Shown here: positions 12,309 to 23,519 of the stretch, piece by piece
How the letters are laid out: every line of letters begins with the position of its first letter
Numbering within the stretch: position 1 is the first letter of the stretch
Assembly (NCBI RefSeq): GCF_963921235.1
Contig: NC_086097.1
Span: 113,152,001 to 113,216,000, forward strand
DNA from: Mobula hypostoma
Lineage: Eukaryota
DNA length: 64,000 bases
Reading direction: 5' to 3'
Made by a program: the position numbers and the translations under genes
The notes under the pieces: generated by a model
Seen by the model: only the letters and a program-made list of their open reading frames with translations
The model's database searches: none
Told to the model about the DNA's origin: nothing

Positions 12309-12677
12309 TCACGGCACAACCGAATGTTCAGCGGTATAACTGGGCGGGCAGGCTGGCTGGGCTCATCAGCCTTGGCTGGCAGCCAGTCTAGGAGAAAGAC
12401 AACTCTGATGCCAAACCTGGGTAGATGGGTCTCGTTAGCTTTGTCAGGCAGTCTGTCTAGAAGAAGGAAAACTCTGATACTCAACCCATAGCCTCGGGGT
12501 TGCCGAAGTCATCGCAGCTCACTGTGCCATTGTGGAATGCCTCCCGGCCTAAAGAGTGGAATCAGTGCACACGCAACAATCCTCACTATAAACCTGTGCA
12601 GTGCAGACGAAAAGAAATGACTTTTCTTCCCTCCTGATCTTCGCAAGTGTAGAACCCTGCATTATCATTTTTATCAA
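12102..12677 (+). mobile_element. Non-autonomous RTE-derived retroposon (5' UTR-like head + short tail)
   Basis: Inserted in CR1 with AAGTCA on both sides (12096-12101, 12678-12683). Two tandem copies of the RTE 5'-UTR-type motif GGCAGCCAGTCTAGGAGAAGGAAAACTCTGAT, and a CATTATCATTTTTATCA tail. Confidence 0.7.
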
Positions 12678-13329
12678 AAGTCATTGGTGAGGCTGCACTT
12701 GGGGTATGGTGTACAGTTTTGGTCACCTTGTTATTGGAAAGATGTGGTAAAATGCAAAAGAGTGCAGAAAAGGTTTATGAGGATGTTCTCAGGACTAGAG
12801 AGCCTGAGTGAAATAGAGAGGTTTGCCAAAGTAGATCATTACTCCTTGGAACGTATGAAAGGCAGAGGTAAGGTGGGTGGTAACAGCGTTTTCACCAGGG
12901 TAGGGAGTCTAAAAATAGGGGTCATGGATTTAGGGTGAGAGGGAAACGAGTAAGTTTTCACATAGTCAGGTGGTGAGTATATGGAACGAGCTGCCACAGG
13001 AAGTGGTTGAGGTAACTACAATAATGTGATTAAAGAAGAGTTGGATAGGTACATGCAGGGGAGGGTCCTGGTGGGATTTGGACTGAATGCAGGAAATTAG
13101 GAACTCTGGGTGGACAATGTGATCCACTAAAGAGTTTGTAACCATACTGTATTGCTCTAGGCTTAAAAACTTATTTTCAAACAATATCTTTCAGGAACAT
13201 TTCTTTAATCATAATAGTAAAGCCTCACCACTAGTGGTTAAAATTACAATGTAATTCAACAATTTATACTGCAAATAGTTTTTACATTTAGTTTAAAGTG
13301 TGAACTGTCAGCTGAGTTTGCTATGTCCA

Positions 13330-13705
13330 AAGTCGAAGTTCAAAGATCAAAGTAAATTTATTATCTAAGTACATATATCTCAACATATACTGCCCTGAGA
13401 TTAATTTTCTTGCAGGCATTCACAGTCAGTACAAAGAAGCACAATAGAATAATTGAGAAAATGGATACAAGACGGGCAAACAACCAACATGCAAAAGGCA
13501 ACGAACTGTACAAATACAAAGAACAAAATAATAACAATTGATAAATAAACAATAAATATTGAGAGCATGAGATTAAGAGTCCTTGAAAGTGAGTCCATGG
13601 ATTGTGGGAACAGTTCAGTGTTGGGCTGAGTGAAGTTGAGTGTAGTTATCCCCTCCGATTTAAGAGCCTGATGGCTGAGGGTTAATAACCTGTTGATGGT
13701 GGTGG
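13330..13705 (-). mobile_element. Rex1-like LINE 3' end
   Basis: AAAGTCGAAGTTCAAAGATCAAAGTAAATTTATTATC...CCCTGAGATTAATTTTCTTGCAGGCATTCAC, the same family as 961-1310. Confidence 0.75.
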
Positions 13706-14519
13706 TATCATATACTTGATAGGAAAAACTCATAAGCAGCCCACCCGATTGCTCAGAAATCACAATGGTTCAGTATCTGCCTCACCAAGTACTGACTACA
13801 CTTTGGCAATCTCAGTTCCCCTCTTCTATAGAACATATCAGGACCCCGATTGCCCTGCTGCATTTAAATTCACCAGGGTCCTGAGTTGGATCCTGATGCT
13901 TTTACGATTCAAAAGTTCTTTTCGAAGTCGAGAATGAGGCTAAAACTTGATGCTTACAGCAATTTTATTAAGTGTTCCAGCAACGAAAAACGAACAGTAG
14001 TCGTGGTTGGCTCATACTCAGACAAGAGATAGGGGGTTATAAAAAAATACAAGCATGTATAGGAAAGTTAAACTACAAGCAAAATAATAATTTCACACCT
14101 CAATCCAACACTTAGTTCCAAAGCTCCTTTTGAAATCACCTGGGCCATTTTCTGTGCTACCTTGATGCTTAACTGGTTTACTAAAAAATAATATAATTGT
14201 ACTGTGCAACATACAGCATATAACGAAAGATTACAAGTTGTTGAAATATTAATTAGAATAATGACTCAATTGTACTTAAAATCTGCCAGTCTAGCATCGA
14301 AGTCCCCAGTGAGCTGGATTAATGGAGTTTTACTGCACATCTTCTCTAGTCATTATCTTCATCTTCTTTGCATTATAACAATATTACCGGGAAGTAGAGC
14401 TTAGAAATTCTTTTCCTTGTATTTAGCAACATTAAAATAGTGCCAGCACACTGCACAATGCTACTTTAATGATTTTCAATTATTTAATGATTCTCAAATG
14501 ACTCAATTTGGTTCAGAAT

Positions 14520-14722
14520 GCTGTTGTTTGCTTCTATTGTTTGTATGATATGTGTGTGGGTATTTTTTTCCTCTTTCTCTGTATAGTGTTTATGATCTTT
14601 CTTATTCTAAATTGGGTTCTTCAGGTTTCTTGCTCTGTGGCTACCTGTGAGCAAACAAATCTCAAAGTGTGTAATTTATACATTCTTTGATAATAACTGT
14701 ACTTTGAATCTCAATTCTTTGA
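14520..14722 (+). mobile_element. Rex1-related 3' tail
   Basis: GTGGCTACCTGTGAGCAAACAAATCTCAAAGTGTGTAA...GATAATAACTGTACTTTGAATC. Confidence 0.55.
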
Positions 14723-14891
14723 ACAGAGGAAAGTTGTAATCTTCCTTCACTATCCTCATGCAAAACATTCCAGGCAATTGTATCCCTCGGTATACTGCCT
14801 TACTCAGTTGCACAATATGTTTTAAATGCTTCAAGATCCTGCATAGCTGACATCACTTAGCTACAAACCTAAAATCAGGGCCACTGTTCTT

Positions 14892-15240
14892 CAAAGTCTA
14901 AAGTTCAAAGTACATTTATTATTAAGGCATCTATATATTATACAACCTTGAGATTCGTCTCCTAACAGGCAGCCAGAAAACAAAGAAATCCAAAAGAACC
15001 CATCGAAAAGACCATCAAACACCTCAATGATCAGAGAAAAGAAAAACAAAACTAATCTTGCAAACAATAACCGCTAGTAAATAGTATTCTGAACTGTAGT
15101 CCACAAGCAGAGTCTGAGATGCATAGTTCAGCGCAGAGCCGAGTAAATGTCATGGAGCAGCAAGCTGAATTGTCCCACACCTTGCCTTGGGCCTCGACAC
15201 CCTGACCTTCTCAAGCCAGCCAGTGCTTAAGTCATCATCC
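14892..15240 (-). mobile_element. Rex1-related non-autonomous element, 3' part
   Basis: TTCAAAGTCTAAAGTTCAAAGTACATTTATT terminus, then ACAACCTTGAGATTCGTCTCCTAACAGGCAGCC. Confidence 0.55.
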
Positions 15241-15391
15241 AGAAAGGACAGGGGCCACCCTGAGAGAAGTACGGTTGCCATATAAGTGGTGCTGTGTGCA
15301 GAATGGCTGGCAAAGAGGCAGGAGAATGGAGGGAGCATGCACCAAGAGTTGCGAATGGGAACCTGGAAATAATGGAAGGTTAGTCATGGCC

Positions 15392-15785
15392 CATAAGACC
15401 ATAAGACATTGATGCAGAGTTAGGTCATTCAGCCCATCGAGTCTGCTCCACCATTCCATCATAACTGATTTACTAGCCCTCTCCACCACATCCTCCTGCC
15501 ATCTCCCCATAACCTTTGACACCCTTACTAATCAAGAACTTAACAACCTCCACTTTAAATATACCCTTTGTCTTGGCCTCCACATCTGTCTGCACAATGA
15601 ATTCCACAGATTCACCACCTTCTGGCTACAAAAACTCCCCTCCATCTCTGTTTTAAAGGGTTGTCCTTCTCCTCGGAGGCTATGCCCTCTGGTCCTAGAC
15701 TCCCCACTGTAGGAAACATCTACTCAATGTCTACTCTATCTAGGCTTTTAAATATTCAATAGGTTTCAATAAAATCCCTCCCCCC
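15392..15785 (-). mobile_element. CR1 LINE 3' end
   Basis: (CATAAGAC)2 tail and CAGCCCATCGAGTCTGCTCCACCATTCCATCAT; the reverse complement of the 3' end at 10150-10445. Confidence 0.85.
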
Positions 15786-16404
15786 CCCATGGAAGAAAGT
15801 TCCTGCATTCCAAGGGCCAAAGGAAGTCATTCAGAGTACTGCCAGTTTTGCCTGGGATTGGGCGAATGGGAATAGAGTGAGACTGTGTGAGCGACATCAA
15901 GGAACATGGAGTGGCTTCAGTAGAGCTACCTCACAAGAGGTTAGACTTTTACTTTAATACTTTGACCACTCAGGCAACAGTTCTCTCTCACTCATTCATC
16001 CCTCCCTCTCCTCCAAAATACTCACTTCTGATCACCCTTTACCCCATCCCCAAAGATTCAAATTTGCATATACTGTATGAATAAATGAAAATGGATACTG
16101 CATGGACTTCACAATTAAGGCCATAAGACCTTAAGATCTAGGAACAAGGATAAGTTAGTATGAATCAGAAATAAGGCTTGTCAGATGAATAGCTTCAGAT
16201 TCTGACTGCAAGTCTCTATGAAGAATGCAAGGATTGCTGTGAGGATCATCAGGGTCTCAGATTCATGATGAATCCAGAGAGGATTGTAGCATTATTGCAT
16301 TATAACACAATTGCAGCTGATTTAATGAATGAGTTTTGAGAAACAATAAAGAGTACAATGTATTTAAGTGAAAGACAGGATAGCAAAAGTTCTGGAACAA
16401 TAAT

Positions 16405-16630
16405 GGGAGATCTCGATGAAACTTATCAAATGTTGGAAGGACTTGATAGAGTGGATGTGGAGAGGATGTTTTCTATGGTCTGAATTCTAGTAAGTACAGA
16501 CCTAGAGCCATCAAACGCTCTTCGTATGATAAGCCTTTCAATCCCGGAATCGTTTGCAGGAACCTCCTTTGAACTCTCTCTAATTTCAACACATCCTTCC
16601 TTAGATAAGGGGCCAAATATTGCTCAAAAT
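16405..16630. mobile_element. CR1 fragment with an internal inversion
   Basis: 16483-16630(-) reads ..APYLRKDVLKLERVQRRFLQTIPGLKGLSYEERLMALGLYLLEF. The segment that normally follows (GDLDETYQMLEGLDRVDVERMF) lies at 16405-16480 on +. Confidence 0.65.
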
Positions 16631-16659
16631 TTTTTTAAATAGTTTGCACGCCAGAACTT

Positions 16660-17460
16660 TTGCAATCAAACTGAATCATTAAGTTCTCTGAAGACACAAC
16701 AGTGGTTGACCTCATCAAGAACAACAATGAGACAGCGTACAAAGAGGAGGTAGAGTGGCTGGTAGAATAGTGAGAACAACACCTTGAGTTTCAATGTGGA
16801 CAAGACCAAAGAGGTGACTATGGACTTTATGAAGGTGCAGGCTGGCCACGCCTCATTACACATAAATGGTTGCTCCATGGAGAGAGTTCAGAGCACCAAG
16901 TTTCTGGGAGTACACATAATGGATGATCTCACCTGCTCCCACAACACCTCTTTAGTCAAGAAAACTCAGCAGAGTCTCCATTTCTTGAGGAGATTGAAGT
17001 GAGTGAGGCTCTCCACCCCATCACTCGAACAAGTTTTTGCAGGAGCACCTTTGAGAGTGTTCTGACCAGCTGCATCACCATCTAGTAAGGGAATAGCAAG
17101 TCATCTGACTGCAAGTCCCTATGAAGAATGCAAGGATTGCTGTGAGGATCATCAGGATCTCTCTTTCATTCATCAGAGATATTTAACAGGAGCGCTTTAT
17201 ATCAGGGCCTCCCATCTGTCCAGCAATCTCTTTAACCCTCTTCCATTAAACATGAGCTACTGTAGCATTAGGTCAAGAGCTGTTAGGATAGCAAACAGCT
17301 TTTTCCTCCAGGCCGTATATGGCTACTGAACTCCCTGCCACCACCCGGTCTCATCATGTATGAGGTGGCAGTAGCGTTAAACTGGTTACTTGTATGTTTG
17401 GTGGTATACATGTGTATGGTTGAGTGGCAGTGCACTGAACTTGAACATGAACTTGAGTTC
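16660..17460 (+). mobile_element. Rex1-clade LINE RT C-terminus and 3' end
   Basis: SFNVDKTKEVTMDF...INGCSMERVQSTKFLGVHIMDDLT...LHFLRRLK; tail TGAACTTGAACATGAACTTGA. Confidence 0.85.
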
Positions 17461-18034
17461 CTGCGCATTGGAGTCTCCTTATAATTCATATTAAAAGATT
17501 CATACTTTCTGCTTTTATCAGCCTAATCTGTACTGTATGTGTGCTACCTCTAAGAATCATCTTAAGATGAAATGTTTATAATTACTTGGTACTTTTCTAT
17601 TTTTTTTTTTGCTATCAAGGAAGTGATACAGCAGTCCATTGGTGCCTTGGCTTTAAGTACCGCATTGGAAGATCATTGCTATTGATGGCATAATTTCCAG
17701 GCAAGTCTCTTAGCAGAGCCAGAAATACATTTCATAGGTCACTGACATATCATACAATCCTATCTCAATGATCTATAATAGGAAAGATATCCTAATATTA
17801 CTTGGCACCATTTGAGGATTGCTATGAAATTCAATGATAGTCATTGATTGCAAATACCAACTATGTCTCATATAGCTTCATCCCTCTTCATTTCACTTTG
17901 CTAATTGTACATCCACAGTCTCCACCACTCAAAACTTTCTGTAATATCATATTATGTGAGCTACTTACAAAATCTCCTACTGCTACATAAAGATATTTCC
18001 TACAAAAAATCATTTCCATCTGACTTTGGAACTA

Positions 18035-18535
18035 GCTACAAGAGATTCTGCAGGTGCTGGGAATCTTGAGCAGCACACACAAAATGCTCAGACAGTGTCT
18101 ACAGAGGTGAATAAACAGTTGATGTTTCAGAGTGAGACCCTTCATGAGCACTGGAAAGGAAGGGGGCAGAAGCCAGAATAAGGAGGTGGGGATAGGGGAA
18201 GGACTACAAGCTGGCAGGTGATAGATGAAGCCAGCTGAGGGGAAAGAGGGTGGGTCTGTCGTGGAGGGATGATGAAGTAAGAAGCTGGAAGGTGATAGGT
18301 GGAAGGGCTGAAGAAGGAGGAAACTGATAGGAGAGGACAGTAGAACATGGAAGAAAGAGAAGGAGGAAGGGCACCAGAGGGAGGTGATGGGCAGGTAAGG
18401 AAAAGTGCAGGGGTTAGAGGTAACCAGATTGGGGGAATTGGAAAAGAGAGAAGTTGGGGGGGGGGGGAGAATCAGTGTATATTCCCCTGCTTTGATGCTG
18501 CTGCATGACCTGCTGAGTTTCTCTTGCACTATGTA
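18035..18535 (-). mobile_element. PLE terminal repeat with a short inverted copy at the right end
   Basis: ACAAGAGATTCTGCAGGTGCTGG...GATGTTTCAGAGTGAGACCCTTCATGAGCACTGG followed by a purine-rich tract. 18475-18535 is the same tail on + (GATGCTGC..TGACCTGCTGAGTTTCTC). Confidence 0.75.
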
Positions 18536-18754
18536 TAATATGTGTTGGAAATAGATATGAAAGACTGGTAATATGCTCTTTTCTACTATTGGGACTTATC
18601 ATTGCTGATAAATGTTTGATGCTTGGTATAACTGTGTAATGTCAGGCAGAATGATGTTTGTTGCCTCTATGACACTTTCCATTGGCATTTTTCCATCCAA
18701 ACACATTAAAGTGCAGAAGCAGATTCCTGTTCTGGTGTGTTGTCTATGTTCTAA

Positions 18755-19040
18755 TATAAGAACATAAGATATAGGAGAAGAATTAGACCATTTGCCCACT
18801 GAGTTTGCTCTCACTATTTCATCATGGTTGATCCATTTATCTCTCAGCCAAAATCTCCTGCCTTTTCCCTGCATCCCTTCGAGCCCTGACTAATCAAGAA
18901 TCTATCAACTTCTACCTTAAATATACCCAGTGAGGCCTGCACAGTTGCCAGTGGCAATGAATTCCACAGATTCACCACTCTCTGGCAAAAGAAATTCCTC
19001 CTTATTTCCATTCCAAATGGATGCCTCTCTAATCTGAGGC
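18755..19040 (-). mobile_element. CR1 LINE 3' end
   Basis: EIRRNFFCQRVVNLWNSLP...IFKVEVDRFLISQG within ORF 18844..19308; (ATAAGAAC)-type tail. Confidence 0.85.
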
Positions 19041-19335
19041 TTTCTTGACTAAAGAGGTGCTGTTGTGGGACCAGGTGAGATCGTCCGTTATGTGCAATCC
19101 CAGAAACTTGGTGCTCTGAACTCTCTCCACGGCAGCAGCCATTTATGTGCAATGAGGAGTGGTCAGCCTGCACCTTCGTGAAGTCCACAATCATCTCTTT
19201 GCTCTTGTCCACATTGAGACTCAAGTTGTTGTACTCACACCAGTCTACCAGCCACTCTACCTCCTCTCTGTATGCTGTCTCGTTGACACTGTTGATTAGA
19301 CCAACCACCGTTGTGTCATCAGAAAACTTAATGAT
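19041..19335 (-). mobile_element. Rex1-clade RT fragment
   Basis: KFSDDTTVVGLINSVNETAYREEVEWLVDWCEYNNLSLNVDKSKEMIVDF; same family as 16660-17460. Confidence 0.85.
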
Positions 19336-20902
19336 TCAAGATATGGGATCATGTGGTTAGTGGTGGGATCATATTGTAGCAGGCAGAAATTCTGAAGAAT
19401 TCACAAGAGGAGACAGGGACCCCCATTTTCTGAAAAAGCAAAACATTTCTTGGATGCCTTCGAATGGAAATGTCTAAGATGTCCAGGATGTTCTCCATAA
19501 TTTGGTATGTTACTTCCATTGAGCAGAAATGTAGTCCATGGTGGGATGCTGATTAAAAGCATTCGATCATGGTTTCTCTGCAGTCAAAAAGAAGTCTCGT
19601 ATTGTGGTGTGCTGAAGCACTGTCTGAAATGGAAGTTTAGTCATCTGGTCTCTATGTACTCAAAACAGCTTTTCACAAGTAGTGAAGCACCATAATCTGA
19701 ACGCCATCCGATCTGCCGCTAAGAAGTTGGAGCTAAGATCTCCACTGTTTCCATCATTGTGATGATGGGCCATTGACGCTCCTTGTATTCATGTTCATGC
19801 TTATAATTCAATGATATTCAATTCATGATATGGCACTTCAGAAGTAGAAATGTGTATTTTTCTGGAAAACTTTCTGTGTCATATCCATAGGATTTCTGCC
19901 AAAATCTGTTTACAATAAACTGGTAGCTGAATTACTGTCAACTGGTTATTAGTTTAATAAATGACAATAATAGGGATTCCTTGTTCAGCAGTAAAATATC
20001 TTTACTTGATTTAGAGATTACAATTATTACAATGTATCATCTGCCAGTGGAATACCCTTCCTTTTCTTTATCCTTCTATGCTTTGAGCTGAGCCATGCAT
20101 TTACTTACAACCAGTCAGGGTCTGACTGACTGAAAATAATTCATGACTCTGGTGCCTAATCAGGTTATCCTTCCCTAATGCAGTCCTCATTCACCTCCTA
20201 ACATGCCCCGGTAACTGGTAGTTCAGAGGTCTTCATTTTGAGGGAAATCCTCATAGACAATTGACACTGCTACTTCTCCTTTGTTCTGAGACAAAGTTTC
20301 ACCCTTTCCTTCCCACCTGGCTTCTGCAGCTGAAGAGCTTATCCGTGTTGATCTCCAGTGAGAGCATGCCGAAATCCACAACTGAGGCAGCTCACTGGGG
20401 TCTACAACTTCCCTGAGGGAGTATGTAGGTGTTCCTGGAAGATGTTCACTATGGTTGGTGGGGCTCTAGAAATTCTAGATCATGGTAAATCCTCATATAT
20501 TGTCTAACCAGTCCCCTGAAACTCCTCAAGGCAACATGGCAGCAAAATAGTCTGTTGTCTATTCAGATATTTCCTTTAGTCACTGATTGGCAGGACGGCC
20601 TTTACCCAACCCCACAGTCAATTCACTCGCATCACAGGCACTCCTCCTCACTGTCCCGGGGCAGGAGCTAATCATGTATATCCATCAATGGTATCAACTC
20701 CCTCCCGCCTGGAAGAAAGGTAGCTCACCTTTCAGTGGACAACTTTCTGATATAATGATAGTACCGTTTGGTCTAACCTGAAAGATCATGAAAGGGAATG
20801 GTTCTGATGATGGTTGAAGAGGTAATGGGATCTGTGGAAGTCAGAAGAATGCATTTGAGCTACCCCGTCACCGCACAAACCACTGAATCCATGATTGGGA
20901 CT

Positions 20903-21140
20903 GTGACATAGTAGTCAGTAGAATGTTATCCCAATGCCAGCAACCCAGGTTCAATTCCCAACACCGTCTGTAAGGAGCTTGCACACTCTCCCCATGACCG
21001 TGTGGTTTCCTCTGGGTGCTTCAACTTCTCCTACCTTCCAAAGATGTACGGGTCAGTGGGTTAATTGTTCATATGGGTGTAATTGGATGGCATAGGCATG
21101 TTGGGCAGGAAGGACTTGTTACCATGCTGTATCTCTAAAA
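20903..21140 (+). mobile_element. tRNA-derived V-SINE (HE1-like) with CR1-type tail
   Basis: B-box GGTTCAATTCC, then CTCCCCATGACCGTGTGGTTTCCTCTGGGTGCTTC (V-domain-like), ending GAAGGACTTGTTACCATGCTGTATCTCTAAAA. Confidence 0.75.
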
Positions 21141-22629
21141 TTGTAGTGGGCTGAGGGCCTGGAAGAATTTTGCATTCAGCCCCTCAGCTTTATATCAGAC
21201 ATGGCTGCTGTATAAGTGGTGATTCCTCGATTGGGAGTCATTGAACTTTACTATAATGCTAACCTCAGGTTAAATTTTCTTAACATTTATATTTTTATTA
21301 CTCGCCTGTAGTTTCATTTATCATTACATAATCTTTATTATGTTTATCTTCAATCATCTTGTGATTTTTAAAAAGATATTGGACGTTGTCTAAACTGTTT
21401 GAAATGTGTGAATAATCCTCCTACAATGCTTGCAAGGTCTTCCTTCAGGAATAGACTTTTCAAGGTTGAAGGAAGTATAATTCAATATATTGTTGCTAAA
21501 TGGATACTCACATATCATTAATATCAAAGCACAAATTATTTGAAAATAAAGCTAATTATTGTGAGAGAATCAAAGTTGGACCAAACTAGTAGGGCTTTTT
21601 CCATTATAAGAAGATGGCTAATCAGGTGTAACCATAATTTTCAATAGTACATGACATACCAATGCTCCGTTAATCCTGTCCTTATTACTTCTCCTTAGAA
21701 AAAAATGGAGCACTCAGATATCACTTTTGGCAAACCCTTTATTTTAATGATATGTTTCTTTAAGCACATCCAAAGTCAACAAGAGAGCATCTTAATTCCC
21801 CCGTAGGTGGCTCCTTACGCAATCTTATTTGTGTGTCTGTTTGGCTCTCTGTTCCAGTGTACACAAATTTAATTCTGTTCTAATGTAGAAAATAAAAAAA
21901 ACGAGTAACTTGAACCTGTACAGCTACCCTCCACATCCACATGATCCCTTACTATTATCAATGAGTTCAGTACCATGCTATCAAATTCCCCCATGTCTCA
22001 GCATAGTGCTACTTCGAGATACAAATTTTCAGAGGCCCTAAATCGTATTGCAATGGACAGCCCTGCACTCGCGGATATCTCAGGGCAAAAGATCAATGAA
22101 GGAAATTGACTGGAAGGAGCTTAAGTGGACCACTTGATCTCCATCTGGAAGGCTACTTAATGAGAAGAAATTAATTATACCATCAGCAGGTGGTTCCATC
22201 CAGTGAAATATGAATACAATCCAGCATTTCAAATTGTTACATTAGTGTGGTTATAATGGATTAAGATCAAACTAGGAAACTGCTGCTGTGCTTTCTTCAT
22301 AGTCACACTTATGTGCTGGGCAGAGGACAGTTCCTGTGAAATAATAACACCTAGGAATTTAAAGCTGCTAACCTCCTTCACCTCTGATCCTTCCTTCTCC
22401 TAAAGTCTATAATCAGCTCCTTGGTCTGACTCAAAGCAATCCATAGCCACTCTTCTGCCTCCCACAACCACCTCTTTGTTGTCCTAATTTCTACAGCCTT
22501 GCTCTTTAGCTTCTGTCTGTATGCAGGTAGGTGAAGGACAGCCAAGTGATCAGATGTACAGAAAGTGGTCTAGGCATGGAAAGGTAGGAATTCCTTATCT
22601 TAGTATAACAGTGGTCTAGTACGTTGGGT

Positions 22630-22863
22630 CCTTATATTTCGTTTGTTTATTTATTGTTGTTTTATTATTATTATTTGTTTTTTTTCAATTGCACAGTTTT
22701 TCTGTTTACACATCAGTTATTTTTCAGTCTTTGTGTGTTTTTTAATTGATTCTATTGCATTTCTTTGTTCTACTGTAAATACCTGCAAGAAAATGAATCT
22801 CAGGGTAGTATTGTATACAGTGATATATACATACTTTGATCATAAATTTACTTTGAACTTTGA
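22630..22863 (+). mobile_element. Rex1-like 3' tail
   Basis: CCTGCAAGAAAATGAATCTCAGGGTAGTA...TAAATTTACTTTGAACTTTGA. Confidence 0.75.
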
Positions 22864-23519
22864 GGTGCTATTCGTTCATTCTTGACGGCAAAGCTTATTC
22901 CATGGAGAAGGCAACTTCTAGAACAGGGTTTCTCAACCAGGGTTCTGCGGAAGCCTTGGGTTCTGCAAGTGGCTGCTAGGAGTTCTGCGAGAGATCATGA
23001 CTAAAAAAAATAAACATCATTTTTTGAATGTCATGCAACACACGAAGCTAGTGCTCGTAGTGGTGCGAAGTGACCGAGCAGCCCTATTAGCAATCCTGTT
23101 AGAAGTCTCTCAGCCCAGTATGGCAGTGCACAGTAGGATCATCTTTATTTGGTTGAATCCGGAAGGGAGGATTGTAGGCTGATGAGACCTGTGAAGTGTA
23201 TTTTCTGAGCATTGAATGGACTTGCCCAACATGGGCTGTGACATTGGCCTCTCCCTGTGTAAAATACACAGGGGTGTTTTATTAACCCCTGTATTTTACA
23301 GACATATCTGACGGTCCAATGTGGTGATTTTTGAAGTGGAGGGGTAATATGCAAGAGGAGGATTCTAGGCCAAGACCTACAGGTTAATGGTGAAGTATTA
23401 CAATCTTCTGAGTCATTTCACTGCACTAGTGAAATAACGGACACATAAAAACTTCCGTCTTTACAATGAAGGCTACTTATCAATGTGTTTTACATGGACT
23501 GGTGATCCAAGTTGTCCTA

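Larger units (their letters stand above)
10450..13160 (+). mobile_element. Older CR1 LINE ORF2 RT and 3' end (continuation of 4440-5645)
   Basis: DKWEAFKG, FSEWRVVTSCVLQGSV..IYINDL, LVRLHLGYGVQFWSPCYWKDVVKCKRVQKRFMRM; heavily decayed. Confidence 0.8.

Noticed and set aside
18032..18529. 165-aa Pro/Ser/Leu-rich ORF
   Set aside because: Translation of the pyrimidine-rich strand of a PLE repeat.
18844..19308. 154-aa RT-like ORF
   Set aside because: Chance in-frame fusion of a Rex1 fragment and a CR1 3' end.
20903..20970. tRNA-like A/B boxes (also at 39760-39830, 57790-57850, 59940-60010)
   Set aside because: SINE heads that continue into SINE bodies; no complete cloverleaf.
21600..22260. Repeat-poor stretch that might be a conserved non-coding element (also 29130-29600, 47950-48350)
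   Set aside because: Conservation cannot be judged from a single sequence; no distinctive internal structure seen.
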